The notes beneath the pieces were generated by a model, which saw nothing but the letters and a program-made list of their open reading frames with translations, did no database searches and was not told the origin of the DNA. Of a stretch of DNA of 55,517 bases, positions 9,686-21,674 are shown piece after piece. Numbering within the stretch: the stretch's first letter is position 1; the number at the start of each line of letters is the position of its first letter. The DNA is from Macrostomum lignano (taxonomy: Eukaryota): positions 1 through 55,517 of the forward strand of contig NIVC01003497.1 in assembly GCA_002269645.1 (NCBI GenBank). The letters are read 5' to 3'. A program made the position numbers and the translations under genes.

Positions 9686-12609
9686 CTACATATCGGCAGT
9701 AAAGCTGAACTTGATTGGCCCTCTGCCAGCAGCCGGCGCGGCTCCGGCCTTCTTCTTGTCGATTTTCGCCGCCTTCGCCTCGGCGCCGCCCTCCACAGCG
9801 GGGGTGGCAAGGTACAGCTGGTCCGTCAGCCGGCGCTTGCTGACGCCCTCGCTGCTGGAGGCCGTCAGGCCCTTGACCACCCGATCCCCAGCGGCTCGGA
9901 CACTCGACCGGGTCAGCTCGGACACGCCGGAGAGAGGCAGCAGGCCGGCCAGGCGGCTTTTGGCGTACAGCTGGCACAGCAGCCGCCTGCCGCGAAGGTC
10001 GAACACCCGCAGGTGCCGGTCCTCAGACGTTGCGAACAGCAGGCCGGCGTCGATGACCGCGTCCAGGGCCGTGACAGCGCCGGAGCAGCTCGGCTTGAAG
10101 TGGCCCAGCAGCTGCGCGGCGGCCGCGGCTGGCGACTTTGAAGAGGCAGCTGGCGGGCGGCGAAGGTCGAATAAGCCAAGATGGCCCGCTGAATTGCCCG
10201 CCGCGACTGCGGCTGCCGATGCTGCCTCGATGGCGCAGCAGGACTGCAGGATCAGAGGAAAAATTTATCCTAACTGAAGAAATGAAGCCAGCCTCCCACA
10301 TCCTCAGTTGCTGGGCCAGCCTCCCACATCCTCAGTTGCTGGGCAAGCCCCCCAAATCCTCAGGCTGGGCCAGGCTCCCAGATCCTCAGTTGCTGGGCCA
10401 GCCTCCCACATCCTCCTCAGTTGCTGGGCCAGCCTCCCACATCCTCCTCAGTTGCTGGGCCAGCCTCCCACATCCTCCTCAGTTGCTGGGCCAGCCTCCC
10501 ACATCCTCCTCAGTTGCTGGGCCAGCCTCCCAGATCCTCAGTTGCTGGGCCAGCCTCCCACATCCTCAGTTACTGGGCCAGCCTCCCAGATCCCCAGTTG
10601 CTGGGCCAGCCCCTTAAATCCTCAGTTGCTGGGCCAGCCTCCCAGATCCTCAGTTGCTAGCCCAGCCTCCCAGATCCTCAGTTGCTGGGCCAGCCTCTCA
10701 GATCCTACGTTGCTAGCCCAGCCTCCCAGATCCTCAGTTGCTAGCCCAGCCTCCCAGATCCTCAGTTGCTAGCCCAGCCTCCCAGATCCTCAGTTGCTGG
10801 GCCAGCCTCCCAGATCCCCAGTTGCTAGCCCAGCCTCCCAGATCCTCAATTGCTGGGCCAGCCTCCCAGATCCCCAGTTGCTAGCCCAGCCTCCCAGATC
10901 CTCAGTTGCTAGCCCAGCCTCCCAGCCCCAGCTCACCTGAATCGGATACTCGGACCAGGCCAAGTTAACAACAGGCCGCCGCTGCTCGCCAGGCGAGTAG
11001 AGCCGCAGCTCTCGGTGGCCGGTGCACACAGCCAGCAGTTGGCCGCCAGCAATCGGTCTGATGTCGCGCACGTCGACTGGACGGCGAAGGTTCAGCCGGT
11101 CGTTGGGCAGATTCTTGGCCTAGGAAATTTTGGGGGAACAAACAAAGGTTAAAATTGTAGCGGTAGCGTCTAACTTGACAAAAAATGAACCCGAGAATTG
11201 TTTATCTGATTTCATCAGATCCGCATGGATCAAAACCAGCTGCTCACCTGGAACACGCAGGACTCGGCCGCCACATCCCAGACCCGAAGGTCGGACTCGC
11301 GACCGCCGGTAGCCAGACGAGCGTCGCTGTCGCCCCAGGCGCGGACGACGCCAACGTGGCATCCGGCGCGCAGCTGGGCCGCATCGGTGCAGCTGGCAGC
11401 GGAGGCGGCGAAGGAGGCCAGCCTGACGGTGCCGTCCTCGTGACCAACTGCCAGCAAATCTCTCCGCTCGCCGCTGGAATCCGCCGAGGAACAACAGAAG
11501 GTCAGACAGGTCGTGGCGGCGGCTGGGACCTGCGAGATGGATTTGCACGGACTGGCAGTGTGATGGCCTCGCATGTTTGGCTTGTTGTGGCGGTAAATGG
11601 TGCTTAGCTACATGCATGTGCTACCGCCTTGTACATTGTTCCCTGCACAGACTCTGCTTTCACTCTCGTGTGAGGGTTAGGGTTTCGAAATAGGGTAGGG
11701 TTACAGTTCGAGTTTGGGTTGGGTTATGGTTAGAGTTATGGGTTGGGTTATGGTTATGGTTATGGTTAGGGTTATGGTTATGATTAGGGTTATGGTTAGC
11801 GTTATGGTTAGGGTTATGGTTATGGTTAGGGTAATGGTTAGGGTTATGATTAGGGTTATGGTTAGCGTTATGGTTATGATTAGGGTTATGGTTATGGTTA
11901 GGGTTATGGTTAGCGTTATGGTTAGGGTTATGGTTGTGGTTAGGGTAATGGTTAGGGTTATGGTTATGATTATGATTAGGGTTATGGTTAGGGTTATGGT
12001 TATGATTAGGGTTATGGTTATGATTAGGGTTATGGTTATGGTTAGGGTTATGGTTATGGTTATGGTTAGGGCTATGGTTATGGTTAGGGCTATGGTTATG
12101 GTTAGGGCTATGGTTATGGTTATGGTTAGGGTTATGGTTATGGTTAAGGTTAAAATTTTCGGTCATATGACATCAAACCCGAAATCATAAGGCTTAAACC
12201 TCTTTACTGACCGGTTTGAGTTTAAAACGCTTCAGGTCTAGAAACCTAGATGATGTTTTCGATTGCGGAATGCGGAAATGATGGCTAATGCCCTTTCTGA
12301 ACTTACCTCAGCTGGTGACGTCATCTCAGCTGCCGCAGCTTTTTCAGCGCTATCCATCTGTCGAAGGTCGTCGTCCAGGCGTCGCAACAGGCCGGTGGCG
12401 GTGGCGGCGTAGACGCGTGCCGGGCCGCCGCAGTCCGGGCTGGAGGCCAGACCGATCACCGGGTGCCGCTGGCCGAACTCCGCCACGGCCGACAGTCTGG
12501 GAGGCTGGGATGCATCATCAGACACTGCGGAGAATGTGACCGACTTCACGTGCCCGGTGCGGCAGGCCAGAAGAAGCTGCGGCGACTGATGAGGCTCAGG
12601 ATCCGGCAT
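9686..12609 (-). CDS. WDR74: WD repeat protein 74 (Nsa1 homolog, 60S ribosome biogenesis)
   Basis: Exons 12609-12307, 11529-11248, 11119-10937 and 10243-9686, all phase 0 with canonical GT-AG. Motifs ATGGRESDLRVWD, FQAKNLPNDRLNLRRP, AGNSAGHLGLFDLR, EDRHLRVFD, LYAKSRL. Confidence 0.9.
10285..10925. repeat. ~28-bp minisatellite (GCTGGGCCAGCCTCCCAGATCCTCAGTT) in WDR74 intron 3
   Basis: About 20 variant tandem units. Confidence 0.93.
11685..12150. repeat. Telomere-like hexamer array (TTAGGG/TTATGG mix) in WDR74 intron 1
   Basis: Tandem GGTTAT/GGGTTA hexamers with many perfect TTAGGG units. Confidence 0.9.
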
Positions 12610-12647
12610 TGCAACGGATTCATGAATAGTAGACAAATTATAAGACT

Positions 12648-12661
12648 GTTACCATGGCAAC
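12648..12661. promoter_or_regulatory. RFX X-box (GTTACCATGGCAAC) about 40 bp upstream of the WDR74 ATG
   Basis: Near-perfect palindrome matching GTYNCY-AT-RGNAAC. Confidence 0.6.
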
Positions 12662-12684
12662 AAAATTGATAACTAGGTGATCTA

Positions 12685-13020
12685 TCAGTGACCAGATAGG
12701 CTGGCAACCAACTGCATCAGTGACCAGGTGGTCTGGCAACCAACTGCATCAGTGACCAGGTGGTCTGGCAACCAACTGCATCAGTGACCAGGTGGTCTGG
12801 CAACCAACTGCATCAGTGACCAGGTGGTCTGGCAACCAACTGCATCAGTGACCAGGTGGACTGGCAACCAACTGCATCAGTGACCAGGTGGGCTGGGAAC
12901 CAACTGCATCAGTGACCAGGTGGGCTGGCAACCAACTGCATCAGTGACCAGGTGGACTGGCAACCAACTGCATCAGTGACCAGGTGGGCTGGCAACCAAC
13001 TGCATCAGTGATCAGGTGGG
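12685..13020. repeat. 32-bp minisatellite (ATCAGTGACCAGGTGGTCTGGCAACCAACTGC) upstream of WDR74
   Basis: About 10 tandem units. Confidence 0.93.
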
Positions 13021-13895
13021 CTTGCTGGATCAGATAATGCTTTAAATGAAGCAAGAGATAGAAATTAAATGTATAAAACAAAGTTTAACAGATATTCAAG
13101 TTTCCAAAGATAAAAGTGTATTTATCAAACATGCAATATAGAGCGCAAATTGAAGTCAGTTAACGCTTACAGTCGGGCAGGTCCAAATCAGTGAGCAGTC
13201 AGCCATCTGCATACAGAATAAAATCTATAGCGCAAGTAGCTATAAAAACCGTGAGATTTTTTTAAATCGAGCTGCACACTAAAAGTACAGATTGTGCTAA
13301 CAACTTGAAAAAACATTCGCTCAAGTACATACTCATATAATAGTAAAATAGAAAAATAAAAATAAATTATTGATAAATGTTGTACGCCTGCTCGCATGTG
13401 TGCTAAATAATATATAAATTATCATAGAATTCTCTCAAGTATTAGCTAAGGCAATTTGCTAGTGTAATATTAAAAGTTCCTTAGGAATAAAAATCACAAG
13501 ACTGTCAAGTTGGTGAGCTTGTTAGGCCTAACATGTCTAGAGCATGGACGCGACAGCCTGTTTTTTGCTAAACTCTAACAGATGCCAGGCAAAACAAAAA
13601 CTATGTACTGATATACTACTTAGCAAATATTGAATTCAGTAGTTTAACATAGGCCTAAAACATTTAGTTACTCCGGAATAACAGAAAAGCAATCAGATCT
13701 GCACAGTATACAGTGGCTTCTGAACAGTGCACCAATAGTATACTAATTTAGACATCGATTTTAACCATTCAGAACTCAAAACAGGGCCACAAAATGTCAT
13801 GCAGTGCACAATAACACTTAGGGACGGTGAAATAAGGCAAGGCACAGTTTAAATATTGGGGATTAGCACCGATGCATTGCCGCTGCACTGCACTC

Positions 13896-14270
13896 AGAGT
13901 ACTGGGTGCTCAAACTGCTGGGTGCTCAAACTGCTGGGTGCTCAAACTGCTGGGTGCTCAAACTGCTGGGTGCTCAAACTGCTGGGTGCTCAAACTGCTG
14001 GGTGCTCAAACTGCTGGGTGCTCAAACTGCTGGGTGCTCAAACTGCTGGGTCCTCAAACTGCTGGGTGCTCAAACTGCTGGGTGCTCAAACTGCTGGGTG
14101 CTCAAACTGCTGGGTGCTCAAACTGCTGGGTGCTCAAACTGCTGGGTCCTAAAACTGCTGGGTCCTCAAACTGCTGGGTCATAAAACTGCTGGGTCCTCA
14201 AACTGCTGGGTCCTCAAACTGCTGGGTCCTAAAACTGCTGGGTCCTCAGACTGCTGGGTCCTCAAACGCT
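13896..14270. repeat. 16-bp minisatellite (AAACTGCTGGGTGCTC)
   Basis: About 22 tandem units; resumes briefly at 14431-14460. Confidence 0.95.
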
Positions 14271-14282
14271 TGGTTCTTTAAA

Positions 14283-14425
14283 ATAGCTCGTACTGGGCCA
14301 CTAGAAAGGATTGTAGCCAAGTATATAGAGCACCGGACTCACGAATTGAAGGTCGGGGGTTCGATTCTCGGTCCCACAGGAACAATTTATCACGTGACTC
14401 TGCATCCTGGAGCAAGACTGTCAGG
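14283..14425 (+). mobile_element. tRNA-derived SINE-like insert within the 16-bp array
   Basis: A-box-like TAGCCAAGT (~14314) and B-box GGTTCGATTCTC (~14358); insert flanked by TCTTTAAA direct repeats (14275-14282 and 14426-14433). Confidence 0.55.
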
Positions 14426-14546
14426 TCTTTAAACTGCTGGGTCCTGAGACTGCTGGGCCCTTGAACTACTTCTTAAACTACAGAGCCCTAAAAATCAAAA
14501 TCTTACAAAGTTCGAAAAAATGATTGCGCAAACAGCTGGGACAGAT

Positions 14547-14922
14547 TCACTCATTGGAATCTCGGTCTCCAGCAGCAGCCACGTCTGAGGGCTTGGCCTC
14601 CTCCACAGCCTCAATCGCCTCCTCCAAGTCTTCCCCGTGGCCATTCCGCTCGGTGGTGTCTTCCCGGGCCTCGGCCTGCTCAGTATCACCAGCGGCAGCG
14701 TCGTCAACCTCGTCCTCGGCGTCGGGCAGGTGGTGCACCGCGAAGAAGGCGTTACCGCGCCGCTCGATGCTCAGCTCTCCGCGCCAATAGCCCGTGCGCT
14801 CGAATTCGGCACAGATCTCCGCCAGCTTCAGGAGGCGATCGCGGTCCTCCTGCCAGGGCCCGAACTGAAGACGGGTGGGGGAATGTGGGACTGTCTGTCT
14901 GTCTGTCTGTCTGTCTGTCTGA

Positions 14923-14956
<34 letters not shown>

Positions 14957-14981
14957 GTCTGTCTGTCTGTCTGTCTGTCTG

Positions 14982-15036
<55 letters not shown>

Positions 15037-15073
15037 GTCTGTCTGTGTCTGTCTGTCTGTGTCTGTCTGTCTG

Positions 15074-15116
<43 letters not shown>

Positions 15117-15205
15117 GTCTGTCTGTGTGTCTGTCTGTCTGTGTCTGTCTGTCTGTCTGTCTGTCGTCTGTCTGCCTGTCTGTATGTCGTCTGTCTGTCT
15201 TTCTA

Positions 15206-15246
<41 letters not shown>

Positions 15247-15282
15247 GTCTGTCTGTCTGTCGTCTGTCTGTCTTTCTTTCTT

Positions 15283-15331
<49 letters not shown>

Positions 15332-15838
15332 AAGCATTTCGCCCAACTCCCTGACAGCCCCTCCAACCTTTTCTAGCAGGCGCGCTCGCTCAGCCTCCAG
15401 TCCGCCATCATTTTGCCAGAGTCGCAGCTGAGCTCGAAAGTGAAAATTGGGCGCCACATCGTGCTTAGCGGCCCGCACAGCGCTGAGCACAGTGTCCCAG
15501 GGCAGGTCGGTGACGGAGGCCAGGTAGGCGATGATAAGAGTGGCGCTCCTGCTCACGCCCGCCATGCAATGGACGAAGACGGCCTCCCCAGCCAGCCGGC
15601 CAGAGTGGATGAAGTCATTGGACTGCTGGAAGAACTGCCGGATGTCCTGCTGGCAGCTGTCCGCCGCCAGAAACTGCAAATGGTTTCGCTGCTTAACGCA
15701 GGCCGGCATGCTGAACCTGGCGTCGAATATGGTGAGGATGTGCCGGACGCCGTTCTCCTCCAGCAGCTTAGCATTGTTGGCGCCCTGCCAGCTGCCCAGG
15801 TACAGATTGGGCGCGATCAAACTCATCTGAGCGCCCAT
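14547..15838 (-). CDS. DUSP22: Atypical dual-specificity phosphatase, DUSP22/DUSP15-like, with an acidic C-terminal tail
   Basis: Exon 15838-15368 ([15 protein letters not shown]..., catalytic [20 protein letters not shown]) spliced AAG|GT...CAG| to exon 14864-14547 ([11 protein letters not shown]...SNE*); Gly2 is a possible myristoylation site. Confidence 0.85.
14891..15331. repeat. (TGTC)n microsatellite in the DUSP intron
   Basis: About 440 bp of TGTC/TGTG tetramers. Confidence 0.97.
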
Positions 15839-15902
15839 TGTTGCTGTAGACAGGTGCTGGGCGCTGCAACAGGCATTGGGAGAATTGGCATTGGGGTGCG
15901 TT

Positions 15903-16330
15903 ATCTGCGCCTTGCCCTGCTGTCACCTTCCCCATCTGCGCCTTGCCCTGCTGTCACCTTCCCCATCTGCGCCTTGCCCTGCTGTCACTTTCCCCATCTG
16001 TGCCTTGCCCTGATGTCACCTTCCCCATCTGCGCCTTGCCCTGCTGTCACCTTCCCCATCTGCGCCTTGCCCTGCTGTCACCTTCCCCATCTGCGCCTTG
16101 CCCCGCTGTCACCTTCCCCATCTGCGCCTTGCCCTGCTGTCACCTTCCCCATCTGCGCCTTGCCCTGCTGTCACCTTCCCCATCTGCGCCTTGCCCTGCT
16201 GCCACCTTCCCCATCTGCGCCTTGCCCTGCTGTCACCTACCCCATCCGCGCCTTGCCCTGCTGTCACCTTCCCCATCCGCGCCTTGCCCTGCTGCCACCT
16301 TCCCCATCTGCGCCTTGCCCTGCTGTCATC
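15903..16330. repeat. 31-bp minisatellite (GCCTTGCCCTGCTGTCACCTTCCCCATCTGC) upstream of the DUSP acceptor
   Basis: About 13 tandem units. Confidence 0.95.
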
Positions 16331-17003
16331 TCCATAACAGAATTAAAACGATTAGTTTGACAAATAACTGCCGAGGACAAGGGATCGCTTAAATAACAAC
16401 AGCCAATGAGCTAAAATGTGACCAATAATAGCCGGGTCACAAAATCAGCAAACAGCATTGAACAATTAAACTAAAACTAGAGTTTATTTCGAACGCGAAC
16501 ACAATTCACACGAACGCTGACAACGCACGTTCCAAACGCTAACAGATACCATATGAAACTGGTCAAGACTAGAGATTACTGAGTGCAAAACGACAACAGA
16601 AAAATGAAATTAATACCGAGACGTGACTAGATACTAAGAGTAGCATATATAAAACCCGATAAAGGCGCTACTTAAAAGCCATGAATGTTTTTTGCCCGCA
16701 GCCGAAGCAAGCAACACGGATGCAGCAGGACCAAAGAATGATACGCTTTCGCCTGCCTAGTTATAAACATCAGCCTGACGACGAGATGTCACGGTACAAA
16801 TGGCCAAAAAGTCGTCGCCTGAGGCGTTCTAGAGTCACTGTAGAGTCATTGACTTGCGTTTGAAGTCCATTTGCGTCGCTTGATAAATCAGAGTCAAATC
16901 TCATGGCAACTAACAGCTGCATTTAACATATATGGAAATCCCAAGTCTTTTTAGTAACTTTCCCAGGCCAGCACAGTGAGTGTCCACTGAAATGAGCGGC
17001 TCG

Positions 17004-17597
17004 CTAGAGCAGGAAGCCGCCACCGGACACTTCCGTCCGGCGGGGACTGTCAACAAAGGACAGCCAGTCGGACTCGTAGGTAGGCAGCAGGCCCATTGTG
17101 TGGCACTTGTACACCGCTAGCGCCAGCACGGCCAGGTTGCCAATCAGGTAGACGAAGCGCTGCAGACAGGCCTGCCCGCCCTCGATCTGGGCGAAGGTGG
17201 CCTGCATGGCGAACACGGCCTGGATGGGGCGCATGAACAGCATCAGCACCATCATGATGGGGAATATCGATACGGAATTCCCAGCCATCCACATGATGAA
17301 CAGATTCATTGGCAACTGTTTCAGCGGACCGAGGGCCGCGTCCCAGCCTCTCTTGCTGATGAGGGCGCCGTCCGGCTCCCGGCCGCCGGCCAGAGGTGGT
17401 GGCCTGTCCATGTAGCCGGCCGGGGCGGCCAGCTGAGCAGTCGCCGTGCTCAGCGAATCGTAATGACGCGACTGGGAAGCTGGCGAGCGATGATGAAGCA
17501 ACGAGAATTCGATGGCCCAGCGCCTCCGTATGCCAACAGCGGCTGCCAATGAGGCAGAGTTGGGCACTGCCGCGGCTGCTGCCGGTTCATTGCGCAT
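17004..17597 (-). CDS. EMC4: ER membrane protein complex subunit 4, intronless
   Basis: RRRWAIEF...KRGWDAALGPLKQLPMNLFIMWMAGNSVSIFPIMMV...YLIGNLAVLALAVYKCHTMGLLPTYESDWLSF...GGGFLL*, collinear with EMC4/TMEM85. Confidence 0.95.
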   Translation of the reverse strand: MRNEPAAAAAVPNSASLAAAVGIRRRWAIEFSLLHHRSPASQSRHYDSLSTATAQLAAPAGYMDRPPPLAGGREPDGALISKRGWDAALGPLKQLPMNLFIMWMAGNSVSIFPIMMVLMLFMRPIQAVFAMQATFAQIEGGQACLQRFVYLIGNLAVLALAVYKCHTMGLLPTYESDWLSFVDSPRRTEVSGGGFLL

Positions 17598-20329
17598 CGC
17601 AGATTGAGCCGCTTCACAGCTGAAGCATTTGTTGATTTCAAATATTGTACAGCTGCAGTGCTTTACGCAAAAAGAGAAAGTCTACGCCTGCCATTTGGCA
17701 TCACACAAGAATCCAACTTTACTAGGGAGGGACCGCTGACCACTTTGACCTCCCAGGACCACTGCAGTAAGGCAAAGCATCCAATTTCAATGCTAGAGGT
17801 AAAATTTATGTTGCTAGGTAAACTCAAGCAAAGCTAAGATACCTTCAAGCCTAAGACACTGAATCCATTTAATTGGACTTAATAATGACTTTCTGATGCT
17901 TTTTACTCTGTTTAAGTAAGTAAGGAAAGTAAGCTGAATTTTAGCTAGTGTAATTTGGGGCTTTACATGTATGTGCAATAATAAATGACATTTTTTGTCT
18001 TCTCCTATTAACTTTCTTTCATGAATACTTCATAAATATTAAAACCTTGGCTTGGACCCTGCCTAGTAGCAAAATTATAAATGCTTCTATCTTTATTGCT
18101 TATTGGAATAAACAGAGATCTTTATTGATAGTCAGATACATAAATAAGGAAATCAATTGACAAGCTTCAACATTCCTAAATTGTAGGATCCTAATATTCA
18201 AATTGCAAAAATCTCATTTTATAATTTAAAAGTATAGTTATGTTAACAAAATATATATTGCCATGATCCTATATAGTTATGCACTTAAGATTACCCTTTC
18301 CTTAAATTCTTGCAAACTTGATAGGGTATCCAGACAAATTTTGTAGATATAGATCAAATATATATTTCATCTAAATTTATATGTCATAAGATGCTGATTT
18401 TTCAAGATTCTTCTACATAGCCCACAATTTAGTACAAAGGGCATCAGATATAGATAAGGTAAGCTATCTCTTGCTATAGACAACAAGTTTTTTCCTACAA
18501 AGATAATGTTTCATTTTGACAATAATATGTCATTGCTGATATATTATTATTTATTTAAACTGTTGCCTCTCAATAATTTAATAGGCATCATAAAAATTAG
18601 CTTTAGATGTTATCACATAAAGTAAATAATCACATGATATTATAGACAATTTACTAACTTTAAAGTTCCAAGCCAAGTGCTATTAAACCAATGTTCTTTG
18701 TTTAACTTTAATCATTTTGTCTAAAATAGAAAATCATCTATGAAGTCAAACAATTATTCTGTGTTATTGGTATTTATTGTAGTCAAAGCCATTATCAATA
18801 TATGCATGATTTGTTATATAGAGTCTAGGCCTAATAAAAATTACTATTTTAATTGTATTTCAAACTTTATATATTTCATGGACAATAGATTATTTAATAC
18901 ATGCCTAGTTTATTTGCCAATTTGGCTTTTGTATTAAACAAAATTTTCAATTCTATCTTTTTAGTAATTGAATAGACTTTGCAATTTGCATTACATATAA
19001 AATATAAAAACAATACTAATGATAACAATAAAAAATATAGGTAAAAAAATAGCATTTATATGTGATAGTGCCTCCTTTTTCTAGCAATATCTGTATGCTC
19101 TGTTAATAGTATAGTATATTCTTTTTAATATTCATTTTCTATGATTACTTTTCTTAGAATAGGCTACATTCAAATTTACACTAGAAAATAAACTTTTTGT
19201 TTAAATGTTATGTCCCGAAATACCAGTAATATTCTAATAATATTAAATTTCTAAAGGATTAATAGCCCCAATTTGGAAGCATTAAGAACCACTGAAAGCA
19301 AGAATTACTCAGTAGTGTAGTATAAGGAATATTGCCATAGAGCAGTAAAATTGCCTCAGAGCAATAAAACACCTAGAAGCTGTGACCCTCTGATCCCGGG
19401 AATGCCTTGGACTAAGAGAATTCCACTTTAGAAAGAGTAATTAGAAGTATAGAAATTGGGTTTAGTGTCAATAGACCACCCAGGCCAAGAAATAGTATAT
19501 ATGCTACTTGCTACTAGTAGATAAGTACATATACTATCAATAAGTACATTCATACACTACCAGTAATATTTGTATACATGAAACATTAGTAAAAGCATAT
19601 AAGTAATAGGAATATTAGGAGCCTTATGACAACTTAAGGTAATTTGACAAGACAAAAGTTAGCCCTAGCATAACTTTGGTGGCTTCATTAGGAAACAGTG
19701 AGAATGTCATTAGGGGCAGAACTTTTCCCCTACAACATATCAATATAAAAGTTTCCATGCTTTTTGGTGCCTGTGCTTTTTTGGTACCTGGTATTTTAGT
19801 ACCATAGCTTAGTGTAAATACAAAAATTTTTCATAAAAATATAATAAATACTTTACAACACTTCTGTCTTTATCTAATGAAAGTGTTATTCTTTTCATTA
19901 ATTTAATCCACTTTTTAATTTTAGAAAATCTCTCATTTTATTAAATTCTATTAGCTATATACTATTAGATAGACTGTAAAAACATTGCATTGATTCAACT
20001 CATGTAGTATTCAATGATCAAAATTAGAGTTCCACCATAGCTACAGATATGGCTATGGGAAGTTACAGATACAGAGGTTTTTTGGCAAAGTATATGAATA
20101 CAGATATGGTTACAGGAACATATATTTCCCATTTCTAGTTCTTGTATCTAGTAATACAACTCAACTAAGACTTGAAAGATCATTGGGCTTGGGGCTGTTG
20201 ATTTGATGGGAGTAGGGTAATAAAAATAACTTAATGTTGCCAGTTTTAAAATGAGGAGAACTTTTAAGTCTATGGAATTTAGGACTCAAGCATTAACATA
20301 GATTTTCAATGCCATGTCCACATCAAAGT

Positions 20330-20510
20330 CAGTGGCAGATCCAGAGGGAGGAAGGGAGCAACCACCCCCTTTTTTCCTGTGGCTAAACTTGCATATAAGG
20401 GAGAATATTGCAATTTTAGGCTTATTTAGGGCTTATTATGGGCCAACCCAAAAAGTTGGACCAATCTGCCCAGGACTACCCCTACTTTAAAAATTCTGGA
20501 GCCACCACTG
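20330..20510. mobile_element. Degenerate hAT-like MITE (~180 bp)
   Basis: Termini CAGTGGCAGATCCAGA / TCTGGAGCCACCACTG are imperfect inverted repeats; the flanking 8-mers match at only 5 of 8 positions. Confidence 0.55.
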
Positions 20511-21674
20511 GTTATAGTTGGGTAGAAGAGGCTAAAATAAAGATTCAAAATTTAAATTCATATAAATTCATATAAAGCATAAGAACAACTATGATAGTAC
20601 TATGTCCCACAAACTGGCTTTCCAAGCAGGGATGGGCAGACTTTTACCTCAAAGGCCAGATAAAGAATCTAGCTCATGGCCAAAGGTAGATGAGAATAGA
20701 AAGAAGAAAGAATATACAATTCAAAAAGAGAGGAGAGACAAGAGAGGGGATAAGAGAAAAGATACAAGAGAAGAAAGGAGAGGAGAAAGAGGAAAAAAGA
20801 AAAGATAAGAGAATAGAAAAGAAAGGAAATAGAAGAGAAGATAGAAGTTTCAAAGGATTCAAAGGACATAGAGAGAAGCCAATGCAGAGGCCAGAGTTTG
20901 CCAATACATGTTTTAGAGTCAGACAGATATTGCCTGAAATTCTGTGCAGCACCCCAGCCAACAATATCAAATTTTTGCCTCAAATCCTAATTTTATATGA
21001 TTTTACTCCATTTTATGTTTACCTTTACTTTTTTTACACCAAGACTAAAATTGTTTAGTGAATAAAATTGTTTTTTTATAAATTTTTTACACCAAGACTA
21101 AAATTTTATACGCCATTTTTTCAAAGCATATACATTTTTAAGAATTTAAAACTTTTACTAAACTTTAAAATGGCTATTTTTTTAAAACTGATATTCTTGG
21201 TTTTAATTTTGAGTTTCTTGTAATTGTGTTATTATTTTCTATTTTAGTTTTTGATTATTTTTAAAGAGCTTTTGATGTTGGTTGATATTTAAATAGCTAC
21301 ACAATTAGTCAATTACATTAGCCTTGAACTTGGCTATTTTTTTGTATGCCAACTATGTACACTTACTGTTGAAATAGAAAATTCTATATACTAAATATAT
21401 GCCAAGATTGTCAGCAAGACCAAAAATATGCTAGAAAATTCCAGTATTAAGGCCACCTTCTGGACTATGGATTTTAAGTATGAATTACAATACAATAAGT
21501 TATTTAAAGCAAAACTACTGTTAAGCATTTTTAGATTAGGCCAGGGCCTACTACCTAATTATATTTTTATCTGTTTTTAATTGATAATTTTGGTACCAAA
21601 AAGCAAATTGGATAACAAAATGCTAGGTAGGCTTACCACAAAGCACAAGTATCAAAAAGAGCTATCAATATGAA

